Shown here one piece after another: positions 17,966 to 28,156 of a stretch of DNA of 64,000 bases. Origin of the DNA: a virus (Duplodnaviria; Caudoviricetes); the IMG/VR virus record IMGVR_UViG_3300013830_000006, positions 1 through 64,000 of that record, one strand, 5' to 3'. Position 1 is the first letter of the stretch. Each line of letters starts with the position of its first letter. The translations under genes and the position numbers were made by a program. Below the pieces are notes generated by a model. It saw only the letters and a program-made list of their open reading frames with translations, did not search any database and was not told the DNA's origin.

Positions 17966-19693
17966 TTATACTCCATTAGCTAACCTGATGGCTATTACTT
18001 TCCATTCAGTAACTAAACCGCCTGTAAAGTACACAGGCATAGCGTTTAATAAAACATCAACCTGTTTATACATAAATTGCTCATAATCGACAGCTCTGAA
18101 TTTAGATACCATAACAGTAAAACCTATTCGATCTTTAAGAAAGATTTCTGAAGTTTCACCTCTGGATTTTATCGCAGCTACTGTCACATTACTTAATAAA
18201 AGGTTGACAGGTTCGTTTTTATTACCATATGGACCAAAGTTCCATAAGAATAATTGAAAACGTACATCATACAAATTTGGAATAGTTATCTCAGCATCAA
18301 TGTATCTATCAAATGTGATAGTATCATTAGGCTGCCTTACTGCCTCAATAAACTTTTTGGTAAATGCATCAAGATTTTCATGCTTTAATGCTAATCCAGC
18401 AGCTACCCGATGCCCACCAAATTGTATTAATGAATCTTTACATCTATCTAATGCTCCAAATAAATCTATACCATCAGGTGCTCTTCCGGAACCGTGAATA
18501 ATATCATCACCAGTAAGTATCAGTGTTGGTACATGATATCGTTCTACTAGTCTGGAAGCCACTATTCCCACTACTCCTGCATGAAATTCTGGTGAGTATA
18601 CAACTATAGCAGGGGGTACGTTCTCCCTTATCTCATCAGTGATCTGATCATATATCTGAGCTTCGATTATTTTACGATTACTGTTAAGCGATCTTAATTC
18701 ATTTGCATAAATACGAGACTTGGCTTTACCAGGAGAATCATCATCAACACAGAGGAGTACGTCCATACCTTTCTGTACATTGTTCATTCTTCCAGCAGCA
18801 TTTAATTTAGGATTAACCATGAACGAGATGAATTGCGATGAGATTTCATGCTCAACTCTCATACCGCACATAACCATTAGTGCTAATAATCCATTATGCT
18901 GAGTGTTATTTAAGCACAATAAACCATAATCCAGTTGAACACGTATCTCTTTGTTGATATCTATCATATCGCTTTCAATAGAAAGTGCAATGAAGCTGCT
19001 TAGTATCTTTTTATAGTATTCAAACTTATCTGATTTATACTTTCTGATGATTTCAAGACCAACCTGTGCCCCAACAAAACAACCAGATACCATGTACTCA
19101 GCGTCTTTTTCATTTAAATATAATTTAGGATCAAGGAGTACGTCAGCATTAGGTTTGTCTTTCTGAGGAAGATGATGATCAGTCACTACGATAGTATAAC
19201 CTAACTCTTTAAGCTGCTTGATTTCTTCTATTTCAGCTATACCAGTATCAACTGTTATGATTAAACTTTTCTCAGGAAGCATTTCGAGAGCTTTGGCTAC
19301 ATTCAACCCATAGCCTAGTTCTCTATTGGGAATAAACCATCTTACATTTTTATCCAGTTCCTGTAAAGTAAGCACCAATGATGCAGTTGCGGTCATACCA
19401 TCGACATCATAATCTCCCCATACTAATATAGGTCGTTCATCTTTGATAAATGGTTCAATAGCTGCTACTGCCTTATCTAATTCTTTTTTATATTTATTAG
19501 AAGGATTAGTCAATAACAGATTTTTATAATCTGTTGTAGTGATGATATCGAGATTAGCTCGTCTCATTATCAATGTGTCTAATGACAATACATCTTCAGA
19601 GAGATCTTCGTATCTTGTCATCAGAGTTCTTACCGAATTTTTAGATCTACTTTTAAGTAATGGCTTCGGTCGCCATGCTTCTTTAACAATCAT
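17966..19693 (-). CDS. recJ: RecJ-like ssDNA exonuclease (DHH family)
   Basis: GDYDVDG, ITVDTG, TDHH, PKLNAAGR, GSGR, FGGHRVAAG. Confidence 0.93.
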   Translation of the reverse strand: MIVKEAWRPKPLLKSRSKNSVRTLMTRYEDLSEDVLSLDTLIMRRANLDIITTTDYKNLLLTNPSNKYKKELDKAVAAIEPFIKDERPILVWGDYDVDGMTATASLVLTLQELDKNVRWFIPNRELGYGLNVAKALEMLPEKSLIITVDTGIAEIEEIKQLKELGYTIVVTDHHLPQKDKPNADVLLDPKLYLNEKDAEYMVSGCFVGAQVGLEIIRKYKSDKFEYYKKILSSFIALSIESDMIDINKEIRVQLDYGLLCLNNTQHNGLLALMVMCGMRVEHEISSQFISFMVNPKLNAAGRMNNVQKGMDVLLCVDDDSPGKAKSRIYANELRSLNSNRKIIEAQIYDQITDEIRENVPPAIVVYSPEFHAGVVGIVASRLVERYHVPTLILTGDDIIHGSGRAPDGIDLFGALDRCKDSLIQFGGHRVAAGLALKHENLDAFTKKFIEAVRQPNDTITFDRYIDAEITIPNLYDVRFQLFLWNFGPYGNKNEPVNLLLSNVTVAAIKSRGETSEIFLKDRIGFTVMVSKFRAVDYEQFMYKQVDVLLNAMPVYFTGGLVTEWKVIAIRLANGV

Positions 19694-19800
19694 AATAAAT
19701 ATCCAATCATATAAGTACTACATCATTTTGTCGCTAAGTAAAAAAAATCTACCTTGACACTGCGACGTGTCAAGGCAGATCCTCATCAGATTAAAACTGA

Positions 19801-21438
19801 TTAAATGTGATCAACGTAAGTTGCATTTTCAAATGCTTTTTGAACGAAGTTATACCTTGGACTGGATAATATTGTATCTAATTTAAAATAATCTGGAATT
19901 TCTTTTTCTATGGTAGCTGCAATGATTGTATGCATATCAACCCCTTTTATTACAGTGATACCAAGGTCAGTATAATAATCAGGCTCTATTTCGTCAGAAC
20001 ATAAATCCCAGATGATAATCTTAGGTATAGTGTACCCATATTTAGTAAACGCTTTCTCTACATTGACATAATTTCTTTTTTGTGAAGAAAAAGATTCATC
20101 ATTAAGAACTTGCTTAGGATTGTAATCTGTGATGATTACAAACTCCGTAGGAATATCTTCGGGTTTGACATTATGAGAATACGCATTACTAGCAATTATT
20201 TCAAGTGCGGTATAAACTTCTTTGATATCAAACGGTTTTGATGTTGAAACGGCATTTAGTTTTGCTTTAATCGTTTTGCAATCATCAATACTTCTGAATT
20301 CAATTCCTTTTCTGGCCTTAATAAGTATCTTACCATTATAATAAGAACTTGCATTATTTTCAGATGAACGAAGAATAATAGTTCTTGCTATATCTATAGT
20401 TCGATAGTTAAGCTTATTAACGATAATATCTTTGGAACAATCAGCACATACTAATCTGTTAGTACTATAACATCCGGCATAATGATTCCATATATTATCA
20501 AGCTTTCTTTTAATCTTGTTATTAACTGCATCAAACCTGAGAATAGTAGAACGCTTAACTGCATCAATTGCATTGCACACTCTGTCAGGATATCGTATCG
20601 AGACTCGTCTATAGTTGGTGATACGCTGTTTATCATGCTTATACAGAGCTTTCTGATATTTTTTATAAGCAAGTGCTGGCATTTTTTTATAGTTAATGTT
20701 TTTGTATTTTTTAGTAGTAAGATGATGCTCAGCTATGTTGATGCGATTTCTTAAAGCTACACACATTTTGCGATAGGATTCACAGGTAAATGCTTTGGGA
20801 AGATTAGGAAATGCATTATGATCAGAGATTCTGATTCTGTGATTAAATATCGCAATAAGCCATTTTGCTTTTGCTCTGGTTTCCTTACTGCTGGCATTGA
20901 TACTGGGTAACCATTTACCGAGCATGGATATCTCAGTATTTGTATCAACATAAAACATATCAGAATCAAGCTGCTTTAACAATACCCAAATCAGTATATC
21001 TAACTGTATATTATCGTGAAGATAATAGCCAATATTGATTAAATCATCCCATCTTCCATAGTTAGGTATAGCTTTGAATAAAATCTCCCAGGCATTGCCT
21101 TCGTTATCATACGCACTGTTTATTCCTGTATCCCGAAAATGAAGATAGGCAAGCCGATTAAGTACATATGAAAATAACGTAATGAATGCTTCCCTACAAC
21201 CTAAATTCTCACCTCTATCACGAAGATGAAATAATAAAACGACAGTATCTGTTATATCGATATTGAGGCACTCAGTGATTAATGGATAAATTTGTCCTAC
21301 GGTAAAATGATTGGGAGTTTTAGAAAGTGTGTTAAACTCTTCAAACAGTTTAATGAAGCACGGATGACGTTTCGAAACATTAGTGTTGACAGTGCTAATA
21401 ACGTCTTTATTCTCGTTGTTAATTGAAATCTCATTCAT
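19801..21438 (-). CDS. DUF2828-type Ro60/TROVE-like protein with degenerate vWA domain (start MNEISIN)
   Basis: LRDRG..GCRE, YGRWDDL, GKWLPS, YRK, INYKKMPA, IIIWDL; MIDAS DxSGS reads DCSKD; GGTGG RBS. Confidence 0.75.
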   Translation of the reverse strand: MNEISINNENKDVISTVNTNVSKRHPCFIKLFEEFNTLSKTPNHFTVGQIYPLITECLNIDITDTVVLLFHLRDRGENLGCREAFITLFSYVLNRLAYLHFRDTGINSAYDNEGNAWEILFKAIPNYGRWDDLINIGYYLHDNIQLDILIWVLLKQLDSDMFYVDTNTEISMLGKWLPSINASSKETRAKAKWLIAIFNHRIRISDHNAFPNLPKAFTCESYRKMCVALRNRINIAEHHLTTKKYKNINYKKMPALAYKKYQKALYKHDKQRITNYRRVSIRYPDRVCNAIDAVKRSTILRFDAVNNKIKRKLDNIWNHYAGCYSTNRLVCADCSKDIIVNKLNYRTIDIARTIILRSSENNASSYYNGKILIKARKGIEFRSIDDCKTIKAKLNAVSTSKPFDIKEVYTALEIIASNAYSHNVKPEDIPTEFVIITDYNPKQVLNDESFSSQKRNYVNVEKAFTKYGYTIPKIIIWDLCSDEIEPDYYTDLGITVIKGVDMHTIIAATIEKEIPDYFKLDTILSSPRYNFVQKAFENATYVDHI

Positions 21439-21508
21439 AATAAAACCACCTGTGAAATAAGTAAAAGAAACTTCTCTGTGCAAATACACAGAGAAGCGAT
21501 TGTAAAAC

Positions 21509-21690
21509 AAGGCACATTATTAATTTTGATTTTCTGTATCATAGGTGGAATCTATTGATACAGTGGTGGAACTAATAAAACACCGGGCCTTATGCGCATT
21601 CATCAATTGGCTATGATTTTCCAGCGAACCAAAGAATCCTGCAATCAAGGTTGTTGCCCAAGGAGGTGAACTGCTGCTGATATGTGCCTT
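21509..21690 (-). ncRNA. Structured RNA unit C of tandem array
   Basis: 5' AAGGCACAT-ATCAGCAGCAG and 3' ATGTGCCTT-GTTTT; internal hairpin at 21534-21563. Confidence 0.55.
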
Positions 21691-21726
21691 TATGTTTACA
21701 ATTTAAAAAGCGTACAATATATAAAC

Positions 21727-21925
21727 AAGATAGTCTCCTGTATTTAACTCAATACAGAACCTGATGTCAGAAGAAGTTTGAGTTAAATGTGCAATCTGCA
21801 AACATATTCTCCTGAGTGTTTTATGTCAACAAAACACCTGAAACATAAAGGATTTTTTCGCTTGCGATTACAGACTTGGGAGCTTGAATACCTTTGGAGT
21901 TGCTGGTAGCTGCTGTAACTATCTT
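21727..21925 (-). ncRNA. Structured RNA unit B of tandem array
   Basis: 5' AAGATAGT-TACAGCAGC and 3' GGAG-ACTATCTT-GTTT; internal hairpin at 21741-21789. Confidence 0.6.
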
Positions 21926-21988
21926 TAAAATATAGATCATACGCTTATTAAATTGTGCTAAAAGAAAATCACACGTGATACATAAAAC

Positions 21989-22195
21989 AAGATAGTCTCC
22001 TTTATTCAGACACATTAAAGCGGGTAAACACATGTGTCTGAACATATAATCTATGAGAGGAATGTTTAATGATTCAACTACCTTACCAGCAACTAAAAAA
22101 CAATAAAAAATTGCTGATAAATGTTAAAAACTCATGATTATATAAATTCAGGAGATTGTGATGCAACATAGGAGGAGAGCTGCTGTAACTATCTT
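21989..22195 (-). ncRNA. Structured RNA unit A of tandem array
   Basis: 5' AAGATAGT-TACAGCAGC-TCTCCT and 3' AGGAG-ACTATCTT-GTTTT; 11-bp hairpin at 22005-22042 and a long hairpin at 22044-22142. Confidence 0.6.
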
Positions 22196-22241
22196 TAAAT
22201 TGTGTTATTTCTTCTAGCATATAATATATTCAGGATTATAA

Positions 22242-22727
22242 TTAATTACTTTGAATGTATTTGATTACATCATCAGAATTTATATCCAAGACATCAGAAT
22301 CTTTAATCATATTGAAATAATCTGTTATTTTCTTTATCCATTGCTGATGAGTTATTTGAGAATCGATACAGTCAGTAGCTGTGAGAATATCGCTTAAGTA
22401 AGAAACAGCATCATAAGTATCACTTAATCTGTCGTTTATTTCAGATACTTTGGTGTATAATAATGATTGAAATAATGCCTGATGCATAGTACTACTGGTT
22501 AAGCATAATTTTTGTTTAACATTTATAAAGAAAGGATTGTTGTGAACGAGATCGTATAGTTCTTCACCCAGTGTTTGACAGGCTTTAATGAAAGGTAAAA
22601 AATCACTGCGGACTACAGTACGTTCAGGATATATCCAAAAACGTTTATCAACTACTATTTTGGGATCAGATTGTAATGCAGTCCATAACAGCAAACGAAT
22701 AATAGTTATGTATGTGTTCACAGTCAT
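22242..22727 (-). CDS. Hypothetical protein
   Basis: 161-aa ORF with GGAG RBS. Confidence 0.55.
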   Translation of the reverse strand: MTVNTYITIIRLLLWTALQSDPKIVVDKRFWIYPERTVVRSDFLPFIKACQTLGEELYDLVHNNPFFINVKQKLCLTSSTMHQALFQSLLYTKVSEINDRLSDTYDAVSYLSDILTATDCIDSQITHQQWIKKITDYFNMIKDSDVLDINSDDVIKYIQSN

Positions 22728-22808
22728 TCTCCAATTAACTGCATTGGGTTATCATTGGATGCTACTAGAGCGAAGCATGTTGTAGTATAAATTAAGGAGG
22801 ATTTAAGT

Positions 22809-24977
22809 ATGGTAAGACCTACTTTAAATGATAATGCCAATACCTGGCAGAGAGTACCATACCAGGTAACTTGGGGCGGTTTATTTGCTGATTTACGCAG
22901 TACACTTACATATAGGTCTATTGATCAATATGGCATAACTACAGCTGATCGTATTAAAGGCTATTACTCTATGGGCGAAGATGTCATGAATGGCCTTGGT
23001 ATAAATAATAACTCAGCAGAACGAGAAGTAGTTTCACATCCTTATTTCAGAGATACCAGAGTTGGTGGTAATGATGCGATAAATTGTACCTGGCAATTTT
23101 GTCAGGATGATGATATCTGTTACCCGGTATTAGCCACTGAATCTCATCCTGATACCCCGGATTATGGTCCGTATAACGGGTTAGGCAGAGTGTATGCTAC
23201 TACTACAGAGCACAATGCTCAGATATGCTGGTTTACTTTTGGTGTTCCTTATTATACGCCATTAGCTGATTTCTATAAGAATTCATTCAATCAGGATCTT
23301 ATTGAGTTAAACAACGCTGGTCAAACCAGTATTAGTATTGGCAAGGTATTTAAATCAGTAGTATCGCTTTCAATAAAAATTTTAATATTTCCTATAAAAC
23401 TCTTTGGTTATTTATCCAAAAATTTAAGATCTACTTATCCAGTAAACCGATTTTATGAATTACGTGCATGTATGCCGTTGTATTATCAATATGTAGACAG
23501 TATACTTGCTGAATGGTTAGTTAGTGTAGGGTTGTACAGTAATGGTAATCCTTCTAAATATGGAAGCGGTAAATATTCACGTTGGGATAGTAACAAAGAT
23601 CAAAAAGATCGAAGTGAATGGGAGAACTGGATAGGAGGATTATCAGGTGGAAAAAATTCCTGGGTAGCTGATGCTGAATTTGTACCTGATGCATTAAGAG
23701 CAACTGGCGCATCTATTTGGGATATTATCAGAAGAAGAGCTATGGTAGCGTATGGTCAGCCATTTGAAGATGATTCGGCTTCTTCGTATGCTTCATTCTC
23801 AGAACTATATGAATCATATATGGATGAATACTTTAAAGTAGACGATGATGGTAATCCTGTCAAAGCCACTAATAAAGTAGATTGGAAACAAAAATTATCA
23901 AAGTATGTAAATGCCGCAGACAGTAGCAATATAAGTTATGCATCATCAGTAGAATATCATACTAATTCAGATCAATCAGCAAATGATCCTGGCGGTAGAC
24001 CTCGTACCAACCCGTTCGCTAATGATGGCGGCAATGGAACATGGTTAGATGCGTTTAAAGCAAGTGCCTTAGGTGCTACTCAGTTTATTGGATTTAAAAT
24101 CAACAAAGATACTGATGCATCTGAATCATTCAGTAACTCAACTTCGCCTTCCAGCTTTGCAGAATCATATAACTCTAAAGTAAGAGAAGCTGCAGCTAAA
24201 AAGAATGATGTCGCAATGGGTGGCAATAATGATGCTAATTTTGGATTGGGTTGGTTTGATGATGTTATGAATGGTGTTGTTGGAGCAATTCAAGGCGTCA
24301 TCCAAGGATTACAAGATGTTTCAGATGGAGTTCTTGATCTGTGCTCAGCTGTAATAACTGGTGCATATATCGATATACCTGAAATGTATTCAGGCTCTTC
24401 ATTTGGTGGTGGCTCGCACAGTATCACTTTTCAATTAAGATCTCCTTATGGTGATTATATCAGTATATATCAGTCTATTATAGTACCATTAGCATTATTA
24501 TTAGCCGGTTCATTACCAAGAGCTGGTGGTCCTGATTCATACATGCAGCCATTCTTATGCAGATGCTATTGTAAAGGTATGTTCTCTGTGCCTATGGGTA
24601 TTATTGAAAGTTTATCGATTAAACGCGGCAGTTCTGAATTTGGTTGGACTTATAATAACTTACCGACTTGTGTAGATGTTTCTTTAACTATTAAAGATAT
24701 GAGTCCGATAATGTATCTGACTTTGAATAATAGTTATTTTGAAGGATTGTTTGTACAGGATAACTCATTTAAGCAATACATAGCAACTTTGTCTGGCTTA
24801 GGATTGTTTGAGCGTATTTCGGCATTCTCACGAATCAAACGTAATGTACAATTCACGATGCATAGATTAAGAAATGAATTATTCAGTTCGTCATATTGGA
24901 GCAATGAAGTAGCAACCTTTGCACCTGTGAGAGTTGTATCCGCGATTATACCTAAACAGATGTACGGCGAAAGATAA
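22809..24977 (+). CDS. phiKZ-type tail/baseplate structural protein
   Basis: C-terminal LRSPYGD..SY.QPF..C..KG..GII.SLSI.RG..GWT..LP..VDVS pattern recalled from phiKZ-like baseplate proteins; AGGAGG RBS. Confidence 0.6.
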   Translation: MVRPTLNDNANTWQRVPYQVTWGGLFADLRSTLTYRSIDQYGITTADRIKGYYSMGEDVMNGLGINNNSAEREVVSHPYFRDTRVGGNDAINCTWQFCQDDDICYPVLATESHPDTPDYGPYNGLGRVYATTTEHNAQICWFTFGVPYYTPLADFYKNSFNQDLIELNNAGQTSISIGKVFKSVVSLSIKILIFPIKLFGYLSKNLRSTYPVNRFYELRACMPLYYQYVDSILAEWLVSVGLYSNGNPSKYGSGKYSRWDSNKDQKDRSEWENWIGGLSGGKNSWVADAEFVPDALRATGASIWDIIRRRAMVAYGQPFEDDSASSYASFSELYESYMDEYFKVDDDGNPVKATNKVDWKQKLSKYVNAADSSNISYASSVEYHTNSDQSANDPGGRPRTNPFANDGGNGTWLDAFKASALGATQFIGFKINKDTDASESFSNSTSPSSFAESYNSKVREAAAKKNDVAMGGNNDANFGLGWFDDVMNGVVGAIQGVIQGLQDVSDGVLDLCSAVITGAYIDIPEMYSGSSFGGGSHSITFQLRSPYGDYISIYQSIIVPLALLLAGSLPRAGGPDSYMQPFLCRCYCKGMFSVPMGIIESLSIKRGSSEFGWTYNNLPTCVDVSLTIKDMSPIMYLTLNNSYFEGLFVQDNSFKQYIATLSGLGLFERISAFSRIKRNVQFTMHRLRNELFSSSYWSNEVATFAPVRVVSAIIPKQMYGER

Positions 24978-24984
24978 TAATAAG

Positions 24985-25018
24985 GTCTATATGAGAGCAT
25001 TTCAGCTCTCATATAGAC
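24985..25018. terminator. Hairpin between convergent genes
   Basis: GTCTATATGAGAGC/GCTCTCATATAGAC perfect 14-bp stem. Confidence 0.75.
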
Positions 25019-25028
25019 TGTTTTGAAA

Positions 25029-26429
25029 TTAATCGCCAGTAGGTGCATTACTATTATTATAGAAACTAATTTTCTTATGATATGCTTCCTTTAAATCGTT
25101 TAATGCATTTACTTTATCAGGGTCTTTTATATCGTAATCATTCAATACCTCTGTTAGCATATGCTCTATTGTTGTATTATATTTTTTGCAGATTAAACCG
25201 TTTTTAGCAGTATTGCCATAGCATTGTGATACAAAGGCAGAGGCATCTTTAATTTTCAGAATCATTTCTTTAACACCATTAAAAGCTTCTTGAGGTGAAC
25301 TAGGACCTGTAGGTGAACCGCCTTGTTGCTGAGACTGAGTCTGAGGTGTCGCACTGCTTGTATTTATAAGAGTATCAAGTTTTTTGAGTTGTTCATTGGT
25401 TTCTTTAATCAGCTCATCGATGTCCTTTGTTGTCTTTTCAATATCGGCTCTACCTTTTTTAATATTAAGTAGAACATAAGTAGATTCATTAGGCGTTGAT
25501 ACAATTATTTTCGTCTTTTCTTTACTCCACGGAGTTGAATTTTTATCATCACCCAGCAAGTTTTTATAGTCGCTGCCACCATTAGTACCTGATATGGTGT
25601 CAGATTGATTTTGAATTTCTTGTATCTTGGACGTTGCTGCTAACTTGTTAAGTGCTGGTTCTACCTGTTTTAGCATTGCTAGTGCCGCGTTAGATGCGTT
25701 ATCCGCTGCCTTAGCTAACTCACCATTTTTAGCATCATTTTCCACATAATACATTGTCTCATTTAAAATATCTTTTAAATCAGACTTAACATGATCTCTG
25801 AAAGCATCGGCATCAAATTTCTTTTTCTTATTGTATTTTTTAATGACATCACCAGTGGATTCAACAAGTGCTTTGATAACCTTTTTTATTTCACTCTTAG
25901 TGCTTAAGTGCGAATTATCTATGTCTACTTCTTTCCAAGCTTCTTTTATTTTTTTCCATAATGCTCTAAAAGGAGTAGTTATCCATTTAAATACTGCTTT
26001 AATTGTTTTCCACAATACTTTAAAGAATTTACCAATAGTCTTACCTATGCCTTCCATACATACTAAGGATAGCTCAGAATACGGACTGCCTATATTAGAC
26101 ATAGATTCACAGGAAGGTAAAGTTACATTAAGATAATTAGCAAATCTATTGTTTCTATTGAGTAAACTTAATACAGCTCTGTCTGCTCCATAGTTTTTAA
26201 TGTAACTTTGATAAGCAATCATCTCATCTAAACAGGTAGAAGCTAAGTCAGCTTTAGTCTGAATAGCTTCTGCTTCGAATTCCAATGCTTCCATACCTTT
26301 ATCAAGAGCTTCATAATCAACTGGCTCTTTAGGAGTAGAAGGATCGTCGAAGCACTCCTCTTCTACAGGGTCATACCTGGTTTTAAGCGCTTCTATCCCA
26401 TAAAACACATCATCTAACGAATGCCTCAT
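25029..26429 (-). CDS. Probable internal head protein with cleavable propeptide
   Basis: Acidic N-terminus with GIE-A, GME-A, ALE-F and CME-G sites, then the amphipathic KFFKVLWKTIKAVFKWI helix typical of phiKZ-like inner head proteins. Confidence 0.6.
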   Translation of the reverse strand: MRHSLDDVFYGIEALKTRYDPVEEECFDDPSTPKEPVDYEALDKGMEALEFEAEAIQTKADLASTCLDEMIAYQSYIKNYGADRAVLSLLNRNNRFANYLNVTLPSCESMSNIGSPYSELSLVCMEGIGKTIGKFFKVLWKTIKAVFKWITTPFRALWKKIKEAWKEVDIDNSHLSTKSEIKKVIKALVESTGDVIKKYNKKKKFDADAFRDHVKSDLKDILNETMYYVENDAKNGELAKAADNASNAALAMLKQVEPALNKLAATSKIQEIQNQSDTISGTNGGSDYKNLLGDDKNSTPWSKEKTKIIVSTPNESTYVLLNIKKGRADIEKTTKDIDELIKETNEQLKKLDTLINTSSATPQTQSQQQGGSPTGPSSPQEAFNGVKEMILKIKDASAFVSQCYGNTAKNGLICKKYNTTIEHMLTEVLNDYDIKDPDKVNALNDLKEAYHKKISFYNNSNAPTGD

Positions 26430-26543
26430 TTATTTTTCCTCTTAGTGAATGGGGTAAATTACTATTTTATGACTAAAATGCTTATACTCTCTGATACTCA
26501 ATAACGAGTATCAGAGAGCTTAGATTCAGAACTAAAATAATTG

Positions 26544-26687
26544 TTACTTAGCAGACACGTGCTTAACTCTGTCACGAACCTCAGCCATCTTAGCACTATT
26601 AAATCTTTCAACCTTAGCCAGATAACCAGTAATCCTTGCAACGCGATTAAACTTAACACCAACACCGATTAATGTATTTCTTGTCAT
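26544..26687 (-). CDS. Stand-alone NrdD glycyl-radical domain (47 aa; not in the ORF track)
   Basis: MTRNTLIGVGVKFNRVARITGYLAKVERFNSAKMAEVRDRVKHVSAK*; GGAG RBS; RITGYL and E..DRVKH motifs; hairpin at about 26487-26518. Confidence 0.88.
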   Translation of the reverse strand: MTRNTLIGVGVKFNRVARITGYLAKVERFNSAKMAEVRDRVKHVSAK

Positions 26688-26853
26688 AGGTAGTACTCCG
26701 TTTAGTAACATGTAATCTACATCAACACTTAATGTAGTATAGCATTATTTACTTAATTCAATTTTTTGACAAAAAATAAAAAATCGAATATATAGGAAAA
26801 AAAAATAGCCGCACCTTTCGATGCAGCTAACTTTTACTACTACAATACCCTCC

Positions 26854-27414
26854 TTACATATCGTAGTAGTATTCAAACCCTTCGTTATCTGCAATACCGT
26901 AGGCATCGGGAGCCTTTTTAATCTTAGGCTCTCCTTTCGTTACCTTAATGACGTGATAATATGCATCACGTCCGTTAGTGTTAAGAGCCCATACGGTATC
27001 ATCAGAGATCCACTTCTCAAAGATCTCATCACAATGTTCATGATACCCTTCATGGATACCACACCCACTGTCCCAGATGTAATTTCGACCATCGATGAGA
27101 TAAGTCTTTTTCATCTCTGTCGCAGAGATGAAAAAATCAGCGCAGTTCTTACCATTGCTGATGGTCGCCATAAACCCATGACGCTTTTCCTCGCCAAACA
27201 CCTTGACGATATTGTCAGGATTGTTCCTGACAAAGTCAATCAACATCTCCGCAATGGAGAATAAATCAGCCTCGGGCTGATCCCATTCCACCCTTTTATC
27301 GCAGGTGGATTCACGGCCTACATAGACAATCTTCCCAAGAATGTCCATAGGCTCTCTCCATTTCTCCGTTACTTTTACAGTTACTCTTACGTGCATAATG
27401 CCTCCTTTTGCCAC
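26854..27414 (-). CDS. Hypothetical protein
   Basis: ORF with promoter-like motif at 27472; start may be the internal MHVRV after GGAGG. Confidence 0.6.
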   Translation of the reverse strand: MAKGGIMHVRVTVKVTEKWREPMDILGKIVYVGRESTCDKRVEWDQPEADLFSIAEMLIDFVRNNPDNIVKVFGEEKRHGFMATISNGKNCADFFISATEMKKTYLIDGRNYIWDSGCGIHEGYHEHCDEIFEKWISDDTVWALNTNGRDAYYHVIKVTKGEPKIKKAPDAYGIADNEGFEYYYDM

Positions 27415-27498
27415 TAGAAAGCAAAAATAAAAGAAGTGACGTACCTATCTAGTATCGGCTACGTCACTTTAATAATATATTGCTATTTTTTTTTTCAA

Positions 27499-27690
27499 TT
27501 ACTTAGTTGCTCTTTTAGCATCAGTAACAACTTTGCAATTGCTAATAAACTTACGCAGATCTTCATCTGTAACTCTGTAGCTGTTGCCGATCTTAACTGC
27601 ACTCAACTTACCAGATTCTACGTACCTGTAAATGGTAGTCATACTGACACGTAACATCTTGGCTACCTCTTTTAAAGTATAAAACTCCAT
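27499..27690 (-). CDS. Excisionase-family HTH DNA-binding protein
   Basis: FYTLKEVAKMLRVSMTTIYRYVESGKLSAVKIGNSYRV. Confidence 0.88.
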   Translation of the reverse strand: MEFYTLKEVAKMLRVSMTTIYRYVESGKLSAVKIGNSYRVTDEDLRKFISNCKVVTDAKRATK

Positions 27691-27699
27691 AACTATCTC

Positions 27700-27999
27700 C
27701 TAATAGCTGGCTAATTCATACCTTCTGCAATATTTAGAAATACTGCGAGAAGGTTCAATCACTGGACGGCAAGAAGGATCTACTATCTGATAGTCATAAT
27801 GATACCGATCCTTATTGAACTCTTCGATAGGAAGATAAATGTCCTCTTTCCAATCATAAACCCATTCCTCTTCATCAGTGTCAGCATTAACACCGATGGT
27901 AAAGCGCGGCATCGTTACGTTGATAATTGCCACACAGAAAATAACGAACAAATTAAAACAAATAGCCCAAATTAAAACTTTAGAAATTTTATTTATCAT
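27700..27999 (-). CDS. Small membrane-anchored protein
   Basis: N-terminal hydrophobic helix; GAGG RBS. Confidence 0.6.
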   Translation of the reverse strand: MINKISKVLIWAICFNLFVIFCVAIINVTMPRFTIGVNADTDEEEWVYDWKEDIYLPIEEFNKDRYHYDYQIVDPSCRPVIEPSRSISKYCRRYELASY

Positions 28000-28156
28000 A
28001 TTTACCTCATTCGTTAGTTAAAATTATACTGATCTAACACTACTGTAGACCAGCATCAATCTACAATGATAATGTATATTCGTACATTTTTTGATTTTTG
28101 TGAAAAGACCCAGACAGCAGCTATCACTGTCTGGGCTTTTTACTGCTTAATTTAAC

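Noticed and set aside
21509-22195. CRISPR array
   Set aside because: Repeats are short inverted pairs about 200 nt apart with structured interiors, not direct repeats with 30-40 nt spacers.
27499-27690. Excisionase as a sign of a prophage
   Set aside because: No integrase or host genes in the window; this HTH family is common as a stand-alone regulator.
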